Assembly (NCBI GenBank): GCA_965247115.1
Contig: CBDFGR010000002.1
Location: 32,001 to 96,000, forward strand
Direction: 5' to 3'
DNA: 64,000 bases
DNA from: Myxococcota bacterium
GTDB lineage: Bacteria; Myxococcota_A; UBA9160; SZUA-336
The translations under genes were made by a program, and so were the position numbers. This document shows positions 1 to 7,767 of the stretch, in pieces. Positions within the stretch are counted from its first letter, which is position 1; every line of letters starts with the position of its first letter. The notes under the pieces were generated by a model. The model ran no database searches, had not been told where the DNA came from, and was given only the letters and a program-made list of their open reading frames with translations.

Positions 1-189
1 GCCGGTGTCGAGGACATCGCGAGCGTCACGGTCTTCGTCACCGACATCAGCCAGTTCGCTGCGGTCCAGGAGGTCCGGCAGGAGTACTTCAGCGGGGAGC
101 TCCCGGCCAGCACGCTCGTAGAGGTGAGCCGTCTGGCCCACCCGGACCTGCTGATCGAGATCAACGCGATCGCCAGCCTGCCGGCATAG
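1..189 (+). CDS. Rid (YjgF/YER057c/UK114) family protein, 3' part (5' end outside window)
   Basis: Frame 1 reads AGVEDIASVTVFVTDISQFAAVQEVRQEYFSGELPASTLVEVSRLAHPDLLIEINAIASLPA*, a typical Rid C-terminus; not in the ORF track. Confidence 0.85.
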   Translation, partial: AGVEDIASVTVFVTDISQFAAVQEVRQEYFSGELPASTLVEVSRLAHPDLLIEINAIASLPA

Positions 190-349
190 TGCCGGCGAAG
201 CCGCCTCTGATACATGAGCGGTGACCCCTATCGCAGGTCGAAACACTTCTGTGGCGAGCGGTTGTGTGCCCCGACCTTCGAGCTATCTACCCGACGGTCC
301 ACGTCGTAGCCAGAGCTCTAGGGGCCCGATGGTAGAGAGGTAGAGACGC

Positions 350-1597
350 TCAGGGCCCACCACCGATGCCGGTCGTTACTGATAGCTGCTTCGCGGCCTG
401 CACAGTCATCATCTGCATGAACGCGGCGGCATCGGAGTCCCCACTCGTACCCGCACCGGAACCACCGAAGACGGTGGTCGGCACGTTGCGCTTGGCGAAC
501 GCATCGGCCCAGACCTTCTGGGTCTCGACGTAGGCGGCCAGCTTCTGCTGGAGAGCACCGTCGGCTGCCATGACCAGCTTCTTCCGAGCAGCTTCACCCT
601 CACCCCGCAGGATGTTGGCTCGCTTCTCTTCGGCAGCTGCCAGCGCGTCCTCGGACGCAACCTTCTTGCGGGCCTCCGCGGCCAGGACGGCCACGTCTCG
701 CGCCTGCTCGGCGGCGGTCACGGCCTTCTGCTTCTCCACCTCGGCAGCAGCTCGAGCCTTGGCCACATTCGCTCGACCTTCAGCAGCAGCCGTCTTCTCG
801 TCCTGAGCCGCAGCTTCCGCACGAGCGAAGGCCGCAGTGGCCTTCATCTGCGCATCTCGCACGTTGCCGATCTGCTCCAGAATCTTCGTCTCGTAGGCGA
901 AGTCATCCGGGAAGAACAGCTGCGTCACCTCGATCCCGTAGGAGGCGAGAGTGTTGGACTTGCGCATTCGGTTGCCGTCCTCATCGAGCTTGACACGAAC
1001 GATCCGCTGAGTCGTGACCTGACTGGTGATCGAGTTCACGACTTCGACTTCCTCGGACTCCGTCAGGTAGATCCCGTTCTGGAGCTGGTCCAGAGCGAGC
1101 TGGGAAAGCTCGGCCTTCCCACCTGAGTAGGACTCTTCGGAGGTCATCAGTGCCCCACTCAGTACCACCGCCTCACGAATGGCCGGCTTGAGCAGGCCAT
1201 TGGCGACGGAGCCATAGGAGCGGAACTTGTTGTGGATCCTCAGCAGGCCGCTCTCGTCGATGGGGACGTCGAAGCGAGCCGAACCGGAGATCTGGGCCGT
1301 ACCACCGTCACTGAAGCGCACCGGGATCGCGTTCCCTGCGAGCGTCTCACCGCCGACTGCGGCGGACTCGGGGTTGTCCGAGAACACGTAGGTACCAGCC
1401 TGCTTGTACTCGGTGAGAGTGCCGAAGCACTGGCAGAAATAGCCGGCGTCCGAGATCACGCTCAGCGTTCCCGAGGGGAAAGCCTGCTTGACCTGCATGA
1501 AACCGGCATTGTTCGCCTCGAAAGCCTTCGTTCCGAGCATCAGGACGAACACTGCGAAGACGGCAAAGCCAATCCCCGCAAACATTGACTTGTTCAT
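350..1597 (-). CDS. SPFH/band 7 domain membrane protein with C-terminal Ala/Glu-rich coiled coil
   Basis: N-terminal TM helix, IPVRFSDGGTAQISG, flotillin-like AEA/EKQKAVTAAEQ repeats, RGEGEA motif; AGGAG RBS upstream. Confidence 0.8.
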   Translation of the reverse strand: MNKSMFAGIGFAVFAVFVLMLGTKAFEANNAGFMQVKQAFPSGTLSVISDAGYFCQCFGTLTEYKQAGTYVFSDNPESAAVGGETLAGNAIPVRFSDGGTAQISGSARFDVPIDESGLLRIHNKFRSYGSVANGLLKPAIREAVVLSGALMTSEESYSGGKAELSQLALDQLQNGIYLTESEEVEVVNSITSQVTTQRIVRVKLDEDGNRMRKSNTLASYGIEVTQLFFPDDFAYETKILEQIGNVRDAQMKATAAFARAEAAAQDEKTAAAEGRANVAKARAAAEVEKQKAVTAAEQARDVAVLAAEARKKVASEDALAAAEEKRANILRGEGEAARKKLVMAADGALQQKLAAYVETQKVWADAFAKRNVPTTVFGGSGAGTSGDSDAAAFMQMMTVQAAKQLSVTTGIGGGP

Positions 1598-1817
1598 GTC
1601 GATTCTCCTTGATTTTCTTTTGTACCACGCTTGCCACGCCAGCAGGCGGACGACTACTTGCCTACGTAATAAGGCGTCGCCCTTAAGTCACAGTAGGTCA
1701 GCTACTTACGGGGCCGTACCGCACAGGGAGCGAGCCGCCGCGCTGGAGGCGACCAGGACAGTATCGCGATAGCGATCCCTACCGTCTAGGCTCGTTTAGG
1801 CCGAGCCACCAATCGCA

Positions 1818-1851
1818 CAACTCCCCGAGATTCTTAAGTCTCGGGGTGTTG
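1818..1851. other. Stem-loop (possible terminator)
   Basis: CAAC-T-CCCCGAGA...TCTCGGGG-T-GTTG inverted repeat. Confidence 0.5.
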
Positions 1852-1870
1852 GGCGCCCTCCCCTAGCGCC

Positions 1871-1914
1871 CTCATAACCCGAAGGTCGTAGGTTCGAATC
1901 CTACCCCGCTACCA
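1871..1914 (+). tRNA. 3' half of initiator tRNA-Met(CAT); att-site remnant, not a functional tRNA
   Basis: CTCATAACCCGAAGGTCGTAGGTTCGAATCCTACCCCGCTACCA matches tRNA-fMet from the anticodon loop to CCA; the 5' half is absent and the acceptor strand is 1 nt short. Confidence 0.88.
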
Positions 1915-1918
1915 CGCT

Positions 1919-1952
1919 AACGCCCCGGGGTCGTTACGGATCCCGGGGCGTT
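1919..1952 (+). terminator. Hairpin just after the tRNA fragment, probably the original tRNA terminator
   Basis: AACGCCCCGGG...CCCGGGGCGTT 11-bp perfect stem. Confidence 0.65.
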
Positions 1953-2091
1953 GCTGCTTCGGATCGGGGCGGGAAGCTCCGTGACCGGGGCACGGCCTTG
2001 GCGCTTCGGGATCGAATCGGGGGCAGCATTCGAACTTGGGACGATCGACCGTCTGTTGTCCACACCTCAATCCGTCTAGAGGAGTGCGCAG

Positions 2092-2268
2092 TTGGCGAAG
2101 CTTCAGGAAGAAATCGCTGAGGCGCTCCTCGACAAGCTCAAGAAGTCCCCGAACGTCACTCCAGCGATGGTCGAGGGGCATCGAACGTTGTTCTTGGCCA
2201 AGAAGAAGCTCAAACCCGATGACCTCGTGGAGGTATTCTCGCCACCCGTAGGCGGTGAGGTCAAATGA
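2092..2268 (+). CDS. Small hypothetical protein (58 aa) translationally coupled to the ATPase fragment
   Basis: GAGGAG RBS, TTG start, MAKLQEEIAEALLDKLKKSPNVTPAMVEGHRTLFLAKKKLKPDDLVEVFSPPVGGEVK*; the stop overlaps the next start (ATGA); not in the ORF track. Confidence 0.65.
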   Translation: MAKLQEEIAEALLDKLKKSPNVTPAMVEGHRTLFLAKKKLKPDDLVEVFSPPVGGEVK

Positions 2269-2501
2269 TCAAGCTCGAATCTGTCAATATCGAGTGGGCG
2301 AGGGGCATCGCCCAGAAGCTCGATCTCGATTTTCAGCAGAAGACCTTCGCCAGCTCAGGGCCTAGTGGCTCAGGCAAGAGCGCAGTAATCGACGCCATTG
2401 AATTCGCGCTTGCTAACCTGCCGGCGCTGGCGAGCGTGAGGAGTGCAGACGTGTCCGAGATCGAGATCATGAAGTCTGTGAAGAGCGTCTCGCCAAGGTA
2501 G
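2265..2501 (+). pseudogene. N-terminal fragment of an SMC/RecF/SbcC-like ABC ATPase
   Basis: MIKLESVNIEWARGI...GPSGSGKSAVIDAIEFAL gives the beta-strands plus Walker A; the ORF ends at 78 aa. Confidence 0.75.
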
Positions 2502-2523
2502 CTTTGAGGAGGGATCTGGACCC

Positions 2524-3609
2524 ATGACCGAGAACCCCGCGAACCCCGCCGCCGTCAACACTTTTGCCGCACACGTGCTTCAAGATTGGGGTGGCGCGCA
2601 CATTGTGGCCCTCGCGTACATCGGCGATCGGCTGGGGATGTTCCGCGCGCTGGCGGACGCCGGACCGGTGACCTCACAAGGGCTCGCGGACCGCACGGGG
2701 CTCGATGAGCGCTACGTAAGGGAGTGGGCAGCCGCCCTCGCCGCAGGCCTGTACATCGAGTACGACCCGTCCGATCAGACGTTCGCGATGACACCGGAGC
2801 AAGTCATGGTATTGGCCGACGAGGGAGGAGCCTCCTTCCTCGGCGGCGGTTTCCAGTACGCCCAGGCCTGTGTCCAGCAGGTCCCGCAGCTGATGGACGC
2901 CTTCCGGAACGGAGGCGGAGTCGGCTTCTCGGCGTTCGGGCCCGAGATCAGCCAGGCCATCGAGCGGCTCTTCTCCCCCGGCTACCAGCGAGACGTGGCA
3001 AGTGAGTGGATCCCGATCCTGGGAGACGTGCACCGACGCGTCGAGTCGGGCGGCTGGGTGGCCGAGGTGGGTTGCGGAGGGGGCCAGGCCCTCGTGCCCG
3101 TGGCCGAAGCCTACCCCGCGTCGCTCTTCGTGGGCTACGACGTGGACGAGACGTCGATCGTCCGGGCCCGCGAGAGGGCGTCGAAGGCGGGGGTGTCGGA
3201 GCGCGTGTCGTTCGAGCTCACTCCCGCAGAGCAGATTCCACACGCCGAGCGCTTCGATCTGGTCATGGCCTTCAACTGCATCCACGACATGGTGAACCCG
3301 CGCGGCGCTCTGGTCGGGATCTGTCGAGCCCTGAGGTCGGACGGCGCCTTGCTGTGGTCGGAGGCGAACGTGGTCTCGGATCGGATCGAGGACAACTTGA
3401 ATCCCCAGGGGAGGCTGCTCTACGGCACGAGCGCGATGCACTGCATGACGGTGTCCCTGGCCCACGGGGGCGAGGGGCTCGGCAACGTCGTGGGGGAGGA
3501 CACCGCCCGCGGCATGGCCCTAGAAGCGGGGTTCGTCCACTTCGAGAAACTCCCAGTCGAGAATGCGTTTCATCAGCTCTTCCTGGCGAGGAAAGAAGAG
3601 CCGGGGTAG
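2524..3609 (+). CDS. Class I SAM-dependent methyltransferase with N-terminal wHTH (Rv2258c-like)
   Basis: GDRLGMFRALA, ERYVREW, EVGCGGG motif I, CIHDMVNP, CMTVSLA. Confidence 0.9.
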   Translation: MTENPANPAAVNTFAAHVLQDWGGAHIVALAYIGDRLGMFRALADAGPVTSQGLADRTGLDERYVREWAAALAAGLYIEYDPSDQTFAMTPEQVMVLADEGGASFLGGGFQYAQACVQQVPQLMDAFRNGGGVGFSAFGPEISQAIERLFSPGYQRDVASEWIPILGDVHRRVESGGWVAEVGCGGGQALVPVAEAYPASLFVGYDVDETSIVRARERASKAGVSERVSFELTPAEQIPHAERFDLVMAFNCIHDMVNPRGALVGICRALRSDGALLWSEANVVSDRIEDNLNPQGRLLYGTSAMHCMTVSLAHGGEGLGNVVGEDTARGMALEAGFVHFEKLPVENAFHQLFLARKEEPG

Positions 3610-3611
3610 GC

Positions 3612-4046
3612 CTAGCGGTCGGCGGTCATGCGGAGCTCGACGCGCAGGTGCTGGTACTTCCACTCGCCATTGATCTTCACGTAGTCGTCGTCGTAGCGAA
3701 GCGCCATCCACGTCTCTTCGCCGTTCTCGGCGGTGGTCCACGGGCCCGAGAGGTACCAGATGCCGGTGGCGCGGTCGCCGTCGACCTCGATGATGGGATT
3801 CGTGATGTTGTACTGCGAGAAGCTGAAGTTCTTGCGAAAGTCGGCGAAGAGTTCGCGGATCGCCGCGTGCCCCTTGGCCTGGCCGAAGTCGGCGCCCTCC
3901 CAGATGCCGTCTTCGGCGAAGACCGAAGTCACCCGGTCGGGGTTGTGGAGGTCGTCGCAGATCTCGCAGTAGCGCGCCTTGAGTTGTTTGATCGCCTCGA
4001 TGTCTTCGATGCGGGTGATGCGTTTTTCGAGCTCGGTCAGATCCAT
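3612..4046 (-). CDS. SnoaL-like/NTF2 family protein (BaiE/LinA-like)
   Basis: EDIEAIKQLKARYC, NPIIEVDGDRATGIWY, YDDDYVKINGEWK. Confidence 0.85.
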   Translation of the reverse strand: MDLTELEKRITRIEDIEAIKQLKARYCEICDDLHNPDRVTSVFAEDGIWEGADFGQAKGHAAIRELFADFRKNFSFSQYNITNPIIEVDGDRATGIWYLSGPWTTAENGEETWMALRYDDDYVKINGEWKYQHLRVELRMTADR

Positions 4047-4111
4047 CGTGGGTCTCCTCTGCGGTGCTCTACAGGCTTGGGGCGGCAGGTCGCGCCGACC
4101 CGACCCTCATC

Positions 4112-4300
4112 CTAGCGCCGCCGCACAAAGGCTTGAAGTGGCTGGTACCCGGTCTCCTGCTCATCCATCGAGGACGAGAGACGCTCACGGTCGGGCACCC
4201 CGAGAAACTCGAACACCAGCGGCAGGACGTTCTCGAAGGACCGCTCCAGACGCAGGAGCCGTCCCGTGATCTTCTCTCGCACCTGCTCGTCTGAGTCGCG
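4112..4300 (-). pseudogene. Internal scrap of a cyclase/AAA-ATPase gene, paralogous to 7768..11160
   Basis: DSDEQVREKITGRLLRLERSFENVLPLVFEFLGVPD aligns with DDPRTVRERIAGRLLLMDEGFRDALPLVFELFGAPD. Confidence 0.7.
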
Positions 4301-4469
4301 GGTTTCGCGCGGCCGGACAACGCTCATCCCTCGGGTCTCAGCGAATCGTCATGACGGGTTCGACATTGGCTTCGGTCTCGGTTAATGATGATGGCCTTAT
4401 AGCCATTGCCCGCGAACCCGAAGACTCAAGCGCCCGCGGACATTCGGTCACAAAAGGGGCTGCAACACG

Positions 4470-5480
4470 ATGAAACTCGGTCTCCTGTTCACCGGTCGCG
4501 ATGCCACGATCCGCGAATTGACGACAATCGCCGAACGCGCCGAGCGCAATGGTTTCTCCTGCGTGTGTATGGCCGAAGCGTGGCGCAGCGGTTGGGTGCC
4601 GCTAACTGCGATGGCGGAGGCCACAAACACCATCCGGCTTGGGCCTTACATTTTGAATGCCTATGGTCACAGCCCTTTGATGACCGGCATGGCGGCGATC
4701 GACTTCAACGAATTCAGTGGCGGGCGCCTAATGCTTGGGGTCGGCGGCGGCAACCAAGTTATTAACGAACAATGGCAAGGGATCGCTCACGCGCGCGTGC
4801 TGACGAAAATGCGCGAATACGTCACTGTGCTACGGCAAATGGCGCGCACGCGACTCGGCGAACACCTTAGCTTCGACGGCGATATCCACCACATGGATTG
4901 GACCGCAGCGGTCGACCCGATAGCGGCGCCCTACCCCGTTTATCTCGCTGCCGTGTTCCCGCGCATGATGCGAGTCGCGGCGCAGGTCGCCGACGGTATC
5001 GGCGGCGGCGCGACCTTATCTGCCGATTATCTACGCGAGGTATTGAAGCCACAAGCGGCCGTGGCGGCGGCCGAGGTCGATCGCGATCCGACCGCTCTCG
5101 GCTGGACCGCAGTGTCCCTAATTGCGGTCGACAACGATCGCGAGCGCGCGCGTCGCGCCGCGCGTGAAGCTATTTGCCATCTATACGCCCCACTGCCGCA
5201 CCCGTATTACGAATACACCATGCGCGAACAAGGGTTTAGTAGCGCCGCCGACGCGCTGCTGAAGTTGATGCCGGCCGGCGACCTGGAAGGTGCCGTGGCT
5301 TCGATCCCGGACGAGTGCATCGACCGCTTAGTTATCGCCGGCACCCTCGATGATTGTCGCAAGCGCGTCGCGGCTTACAACGGGGTCGTGGACGACATGC
5401 TGCTACTCAATACCTCACCGGTCACCGACGGCAGTATCCTTAGTGCCTACGACGGCCTGCTACAGCTGCCGACGACGTGA
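4470..5480 (+). CDS. LLM class flavin/F420-dependent oxidoreductase (Mer-like)
   Basis: AERNGFSCVCMAEAW, TNTIRLG, SGGRLMLGVG, PVYLAA..PRMMRVAAQVADG. Confidence 0.88.
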   Translation: MKLGLLFTGRDATIRELTTIAERAERNGFSCVCMAEAWRSGWVPLTAMAEATNTIRLGPYILNAYGHSPLMTGMAAIDFNEFSGGRLMLGVGGGNQVINEQWQGIAHARVLTKMREYVTVLRQMARTRLGEHLSFDGDIHHMDWTAAVDPIAAPYPVYLAAVFPRMMRVAAQVADGIGGGATLSADYLREVLKPQAAVAAAEVDRDPTALGWTAVSLIAVDNDRERARRAAREAICHLYAPLPHPYYEYTMREQGFSSAADALLKLMPAGDLEGAVASIPDECIDRLVIAGTLDDCRKRVAAYNGVVDDMLLLNTSPVTDGSILSAYDGLLQLPTT

Positions 5481-5719
5481 TCGGCGGATCTTTGTACGAC
5501 CGCTGCGGCGTAACACTAGCGCCGCTCGAACAAACGTGTTCGCGGTCTCCGCTTGACTGTTGCGCCGGGCAGCGCGGTCGGATGTAGTTCAAGCAAACGC
5601 CGAACCGGTAGCTCAATTGTCTAAGCCCCCGGAGTCTATCAGGTTTCAGGGGCTGACTCGTTGAGCGTTCTCTGGCTGTTGAAACACGACGGGTCGACCG
5701 CGTTGATGAAGGCCTCCAG

Positions 5720-5830
5720 CGATTCCGACGACGTCATCACTACGACGTGGGAACTCGTCGACGCCGTCGAGCGGATCGGCACGGGTGGCCGTCCCCTCCT
5801 CCTCGTCACCGCGCGCGCGACCTACACCCG
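5720..5830 (+). pseudogene. Possible scrap of a MaoC-like hotdog-fold protein
   Basis: DDVITTTWELVDAVERIGTGGRPLLLVTARATYT resembles the GDxI...E+xG+xG...YTNQ C-terminal pattern of MaoC-like dehydratases; no start context. Confidence 0.35.
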
Positions 5831-6756
5831 GTGGCCGCCGTAGAAGCTGTGCATGGGAGAGGACAGCGGCAGATAGACGTAGCCCAGCTCCTCATCCACG
5901 GTGAGGGGCGGCCAAGCGCCGATGGCCCCGCCGATCTTCCAGGAGTCGTCTTCCCATGTCTCGAATCCGAATTCTCCCGGCTGCGGCATCACATGGAAGG
6001 TCCAGCGCAGACGGCCCGTTCGCACGTCATAGGCCCGGATATCCTCCGCCGGAATTCCCTCTTTCACCACCGGAAAATCGCTGCCGGCGCCGGCGCCGCC
6101 GACGATGACCACGTCGCCCACGACGATGGGGCCGGATGTCCCGCCGGCGGGAAACGGCTCAGGGGGGCCGCCTCTCCTCAGGTCCACCTTGCCGCCGTCG
6201 CCGAAGTCTCGAACGAGGCTCCCCGTCTCCGCGCTCATCGACAGGAGATAGTCGCCGCGCACCGAGAAGATTCGCTGGCTCGAACCGCTGCTCCAGTGGC
6301 CGACCCCCCGGGTGCTGCGCCCGGCCATGCCCCGAAAGCCCTCGTAGAGCGGTTCCTGAATCCAGAGCGTCTCGCCGGTCCCGGCATCGAGCGCTTCCAC
6401 CACCCGACGCTGTTCGAGGCGTAGAGCACGCCGCCGATCATGAGCGGCGTCGCCTGGAGGACGTTGGATGGATTCAGGTCAGGAAACCTCTCGGTGATCC
6501 CTGGATCCAAGGCTGGCCGGTGCCAGAGAACGCTAAGCTTGCCGACGTTGTCGCGATCGATCTGCTCCAGCGGCGTGTACTTGGTGTTCGCTTTGTCGCT
6601 GCCGTAGCTGCGCCACTCGCCGTGGAACGCTGACTGCTGCGCATGGACCTGGTTCGGCTGCACTACGAGCAGAACCAAGTAGAGCAGGCAGCCGGCTCCG
6701 GTGGCTTTCTCGAGAAAGCGATAGACCTGCTCAGCTCGCGAGAGCTCGGTCTCCAT
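5822..6756 (-). pseudogene. PQQ-dependent (glucose/quinate-type) dehydrogenase, frameshifted near 6403 and 3'-truncated
   Basis: Signal-like N-terminus, EWRSYGSDKANTKYTPLEQIDRDNV, QATPLMIGGVLY; the second frame gives VEALDAGTGETLW, DIRAYDVRTGRLRWTFH, DEELGYVYLP, FYGGHR, then similarity stops. Confidence 0.85.
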
Positions 6757-6922
6757 CCCTTCGGAGGCCAGTTCTCCGCGAGGAATGCCCTCACCTCTTT
6801 ACAGAACTCCTTGTGCTCTACCCTGTACCCCAGGTCCATTGCGACTTCTCTCGAGTCGAGCCGTCGGCGGCTCCGGGAGCCGAGGTTCTCACAATCGCTC
6901 CGTCGGGCACAACCGGGGAGGC

Positions 6923-6989
6923 GGGCCGGTGCCTTCCGTAGAGGGCGTGCGCATCGGGGACGACAGGGGCGGATAGACGTAGCCGAGCT
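6923..6989 (-). pseudogene. Degenerate ~65-bp scrap of a second PQQ dehydrogenase
   Basis: Minus strand AGCTCGGCTACGTCTATCCGCCCCTGTCGTCCCCGATG...TCTACGGAAGGCACCGGCCC resembles the ELGYVYLPLSSPMHSFYGGHR-coding segment near 5829-5890. Confidence 0.6.
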
Positions 6990-7084
6990 ACTAGCCGACC
7001 CGTTTTACGCTGCCCGACAGATCGTATAGGTTGCGAAGTTCACAGGCTCGCGCGGGCCGACCGCGGGAGCGAGGAGGAAGTGAC

Positions 7085-7564
7085 GTGATCAGAGCAACTC
7101 AGGCGCTTCTGTTCGTGGGAGCGCTAGCAGTCGCCTTCGCCATGCCCCCGGAAGACTCGGCGTGGGCCGACTCACACGAGAGCCCCTTGAAGATCTCCCG
7201 CATTGAAGTTTCCCCCGACCCGAGCTTCGCCCAGGTCGTGTACGTCGACTCCGGCGGTGCGAGGACGATATACGTGTCGGGACAGGTCGGTGAGTCGGCC
7301 GATCTGAAGAGCCAGTCGATCGAAGCCTTTGCGGGCCTGGAGAAGCGTCTCGCGGCAGCGGGCGCCAAGCCGTCCGACGTCGTGAAAATATCGATCTTCG
7401 TCGTCGACTATTCACCCGAGAAGATGGCAGACGCTTTCGCTGGATGGGGCCTCGTATTCAAGGATCACGAGTCGTCACCGGCCGCAACCTTGGTCGGTGT
7501 GCAGAGTCTCTTCCAGCCGCGCATCCTGATCGAGGTCGAGGCCGTAGCGGTCGTCCCCGTATAG
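7085..7564 (+). CDS. Rid family protein with predicted Sec signal peptide
   Basis: GAGGAGG RBS then GTG; hydrophobic N-terminus with AWA; TIYVSGQVG, DVVKISIFVVD, PAATLVGVQSLFQPRILIEVEAVA. Confidence 0.85.
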   Translation: MIRATQALLFVGALAVAFAMPPEDSAWADSHESPLKISRIEVSPDPSFAQVVYVDSGGARTIYVSGQVGESADLKSQSIEAFAGLEKRLAAAGAKPSDVVKISIFVVDYSPEKMADAFAGWGLVFKDHESSPAATLVGVQSLFQPRILIEVEAVAVVPV

Positions 7565-7567
7565 CCC

Positions 7568-7588
7568 GGAGCTGCGGGAATCGAACCC
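7568..7588 (-). other. Possible degenerate tmRNA/tRNA 3'-end fragment (att scar)
   Basis: Minus strand GGGTTCGATTCCCGCAGCTCC resembles the T-loop and acceptor strand of ssrA (GGGTTCGATTCCCGCCAGCTCCACCA) with 1 nt missing and no CCA. Confidence 0.4.
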
Positions 7589-7767
7589 AGCCTCAACCGC
7601 TCAAACCTCCTAATCTGCCAGATACATATCCAGACGCACTCCGACCAGACACGCGACCCGACTTCTGAGGCGCATTTGGACGTCCCGACAACAGAGGTTT
7701 TCGGGTCGCCGCGAGAGGTCTCGAGCGGGCCCTAGGGCGCTCCCTACGAACCTGGATCGCGTAGAGT

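Noticed and set aside
1871..1914. Functional tRNA-Met gene
   Set aside because: The 5' acceptor strand, D-arm and 5' anticodon stem are missing; only the 3' half is present
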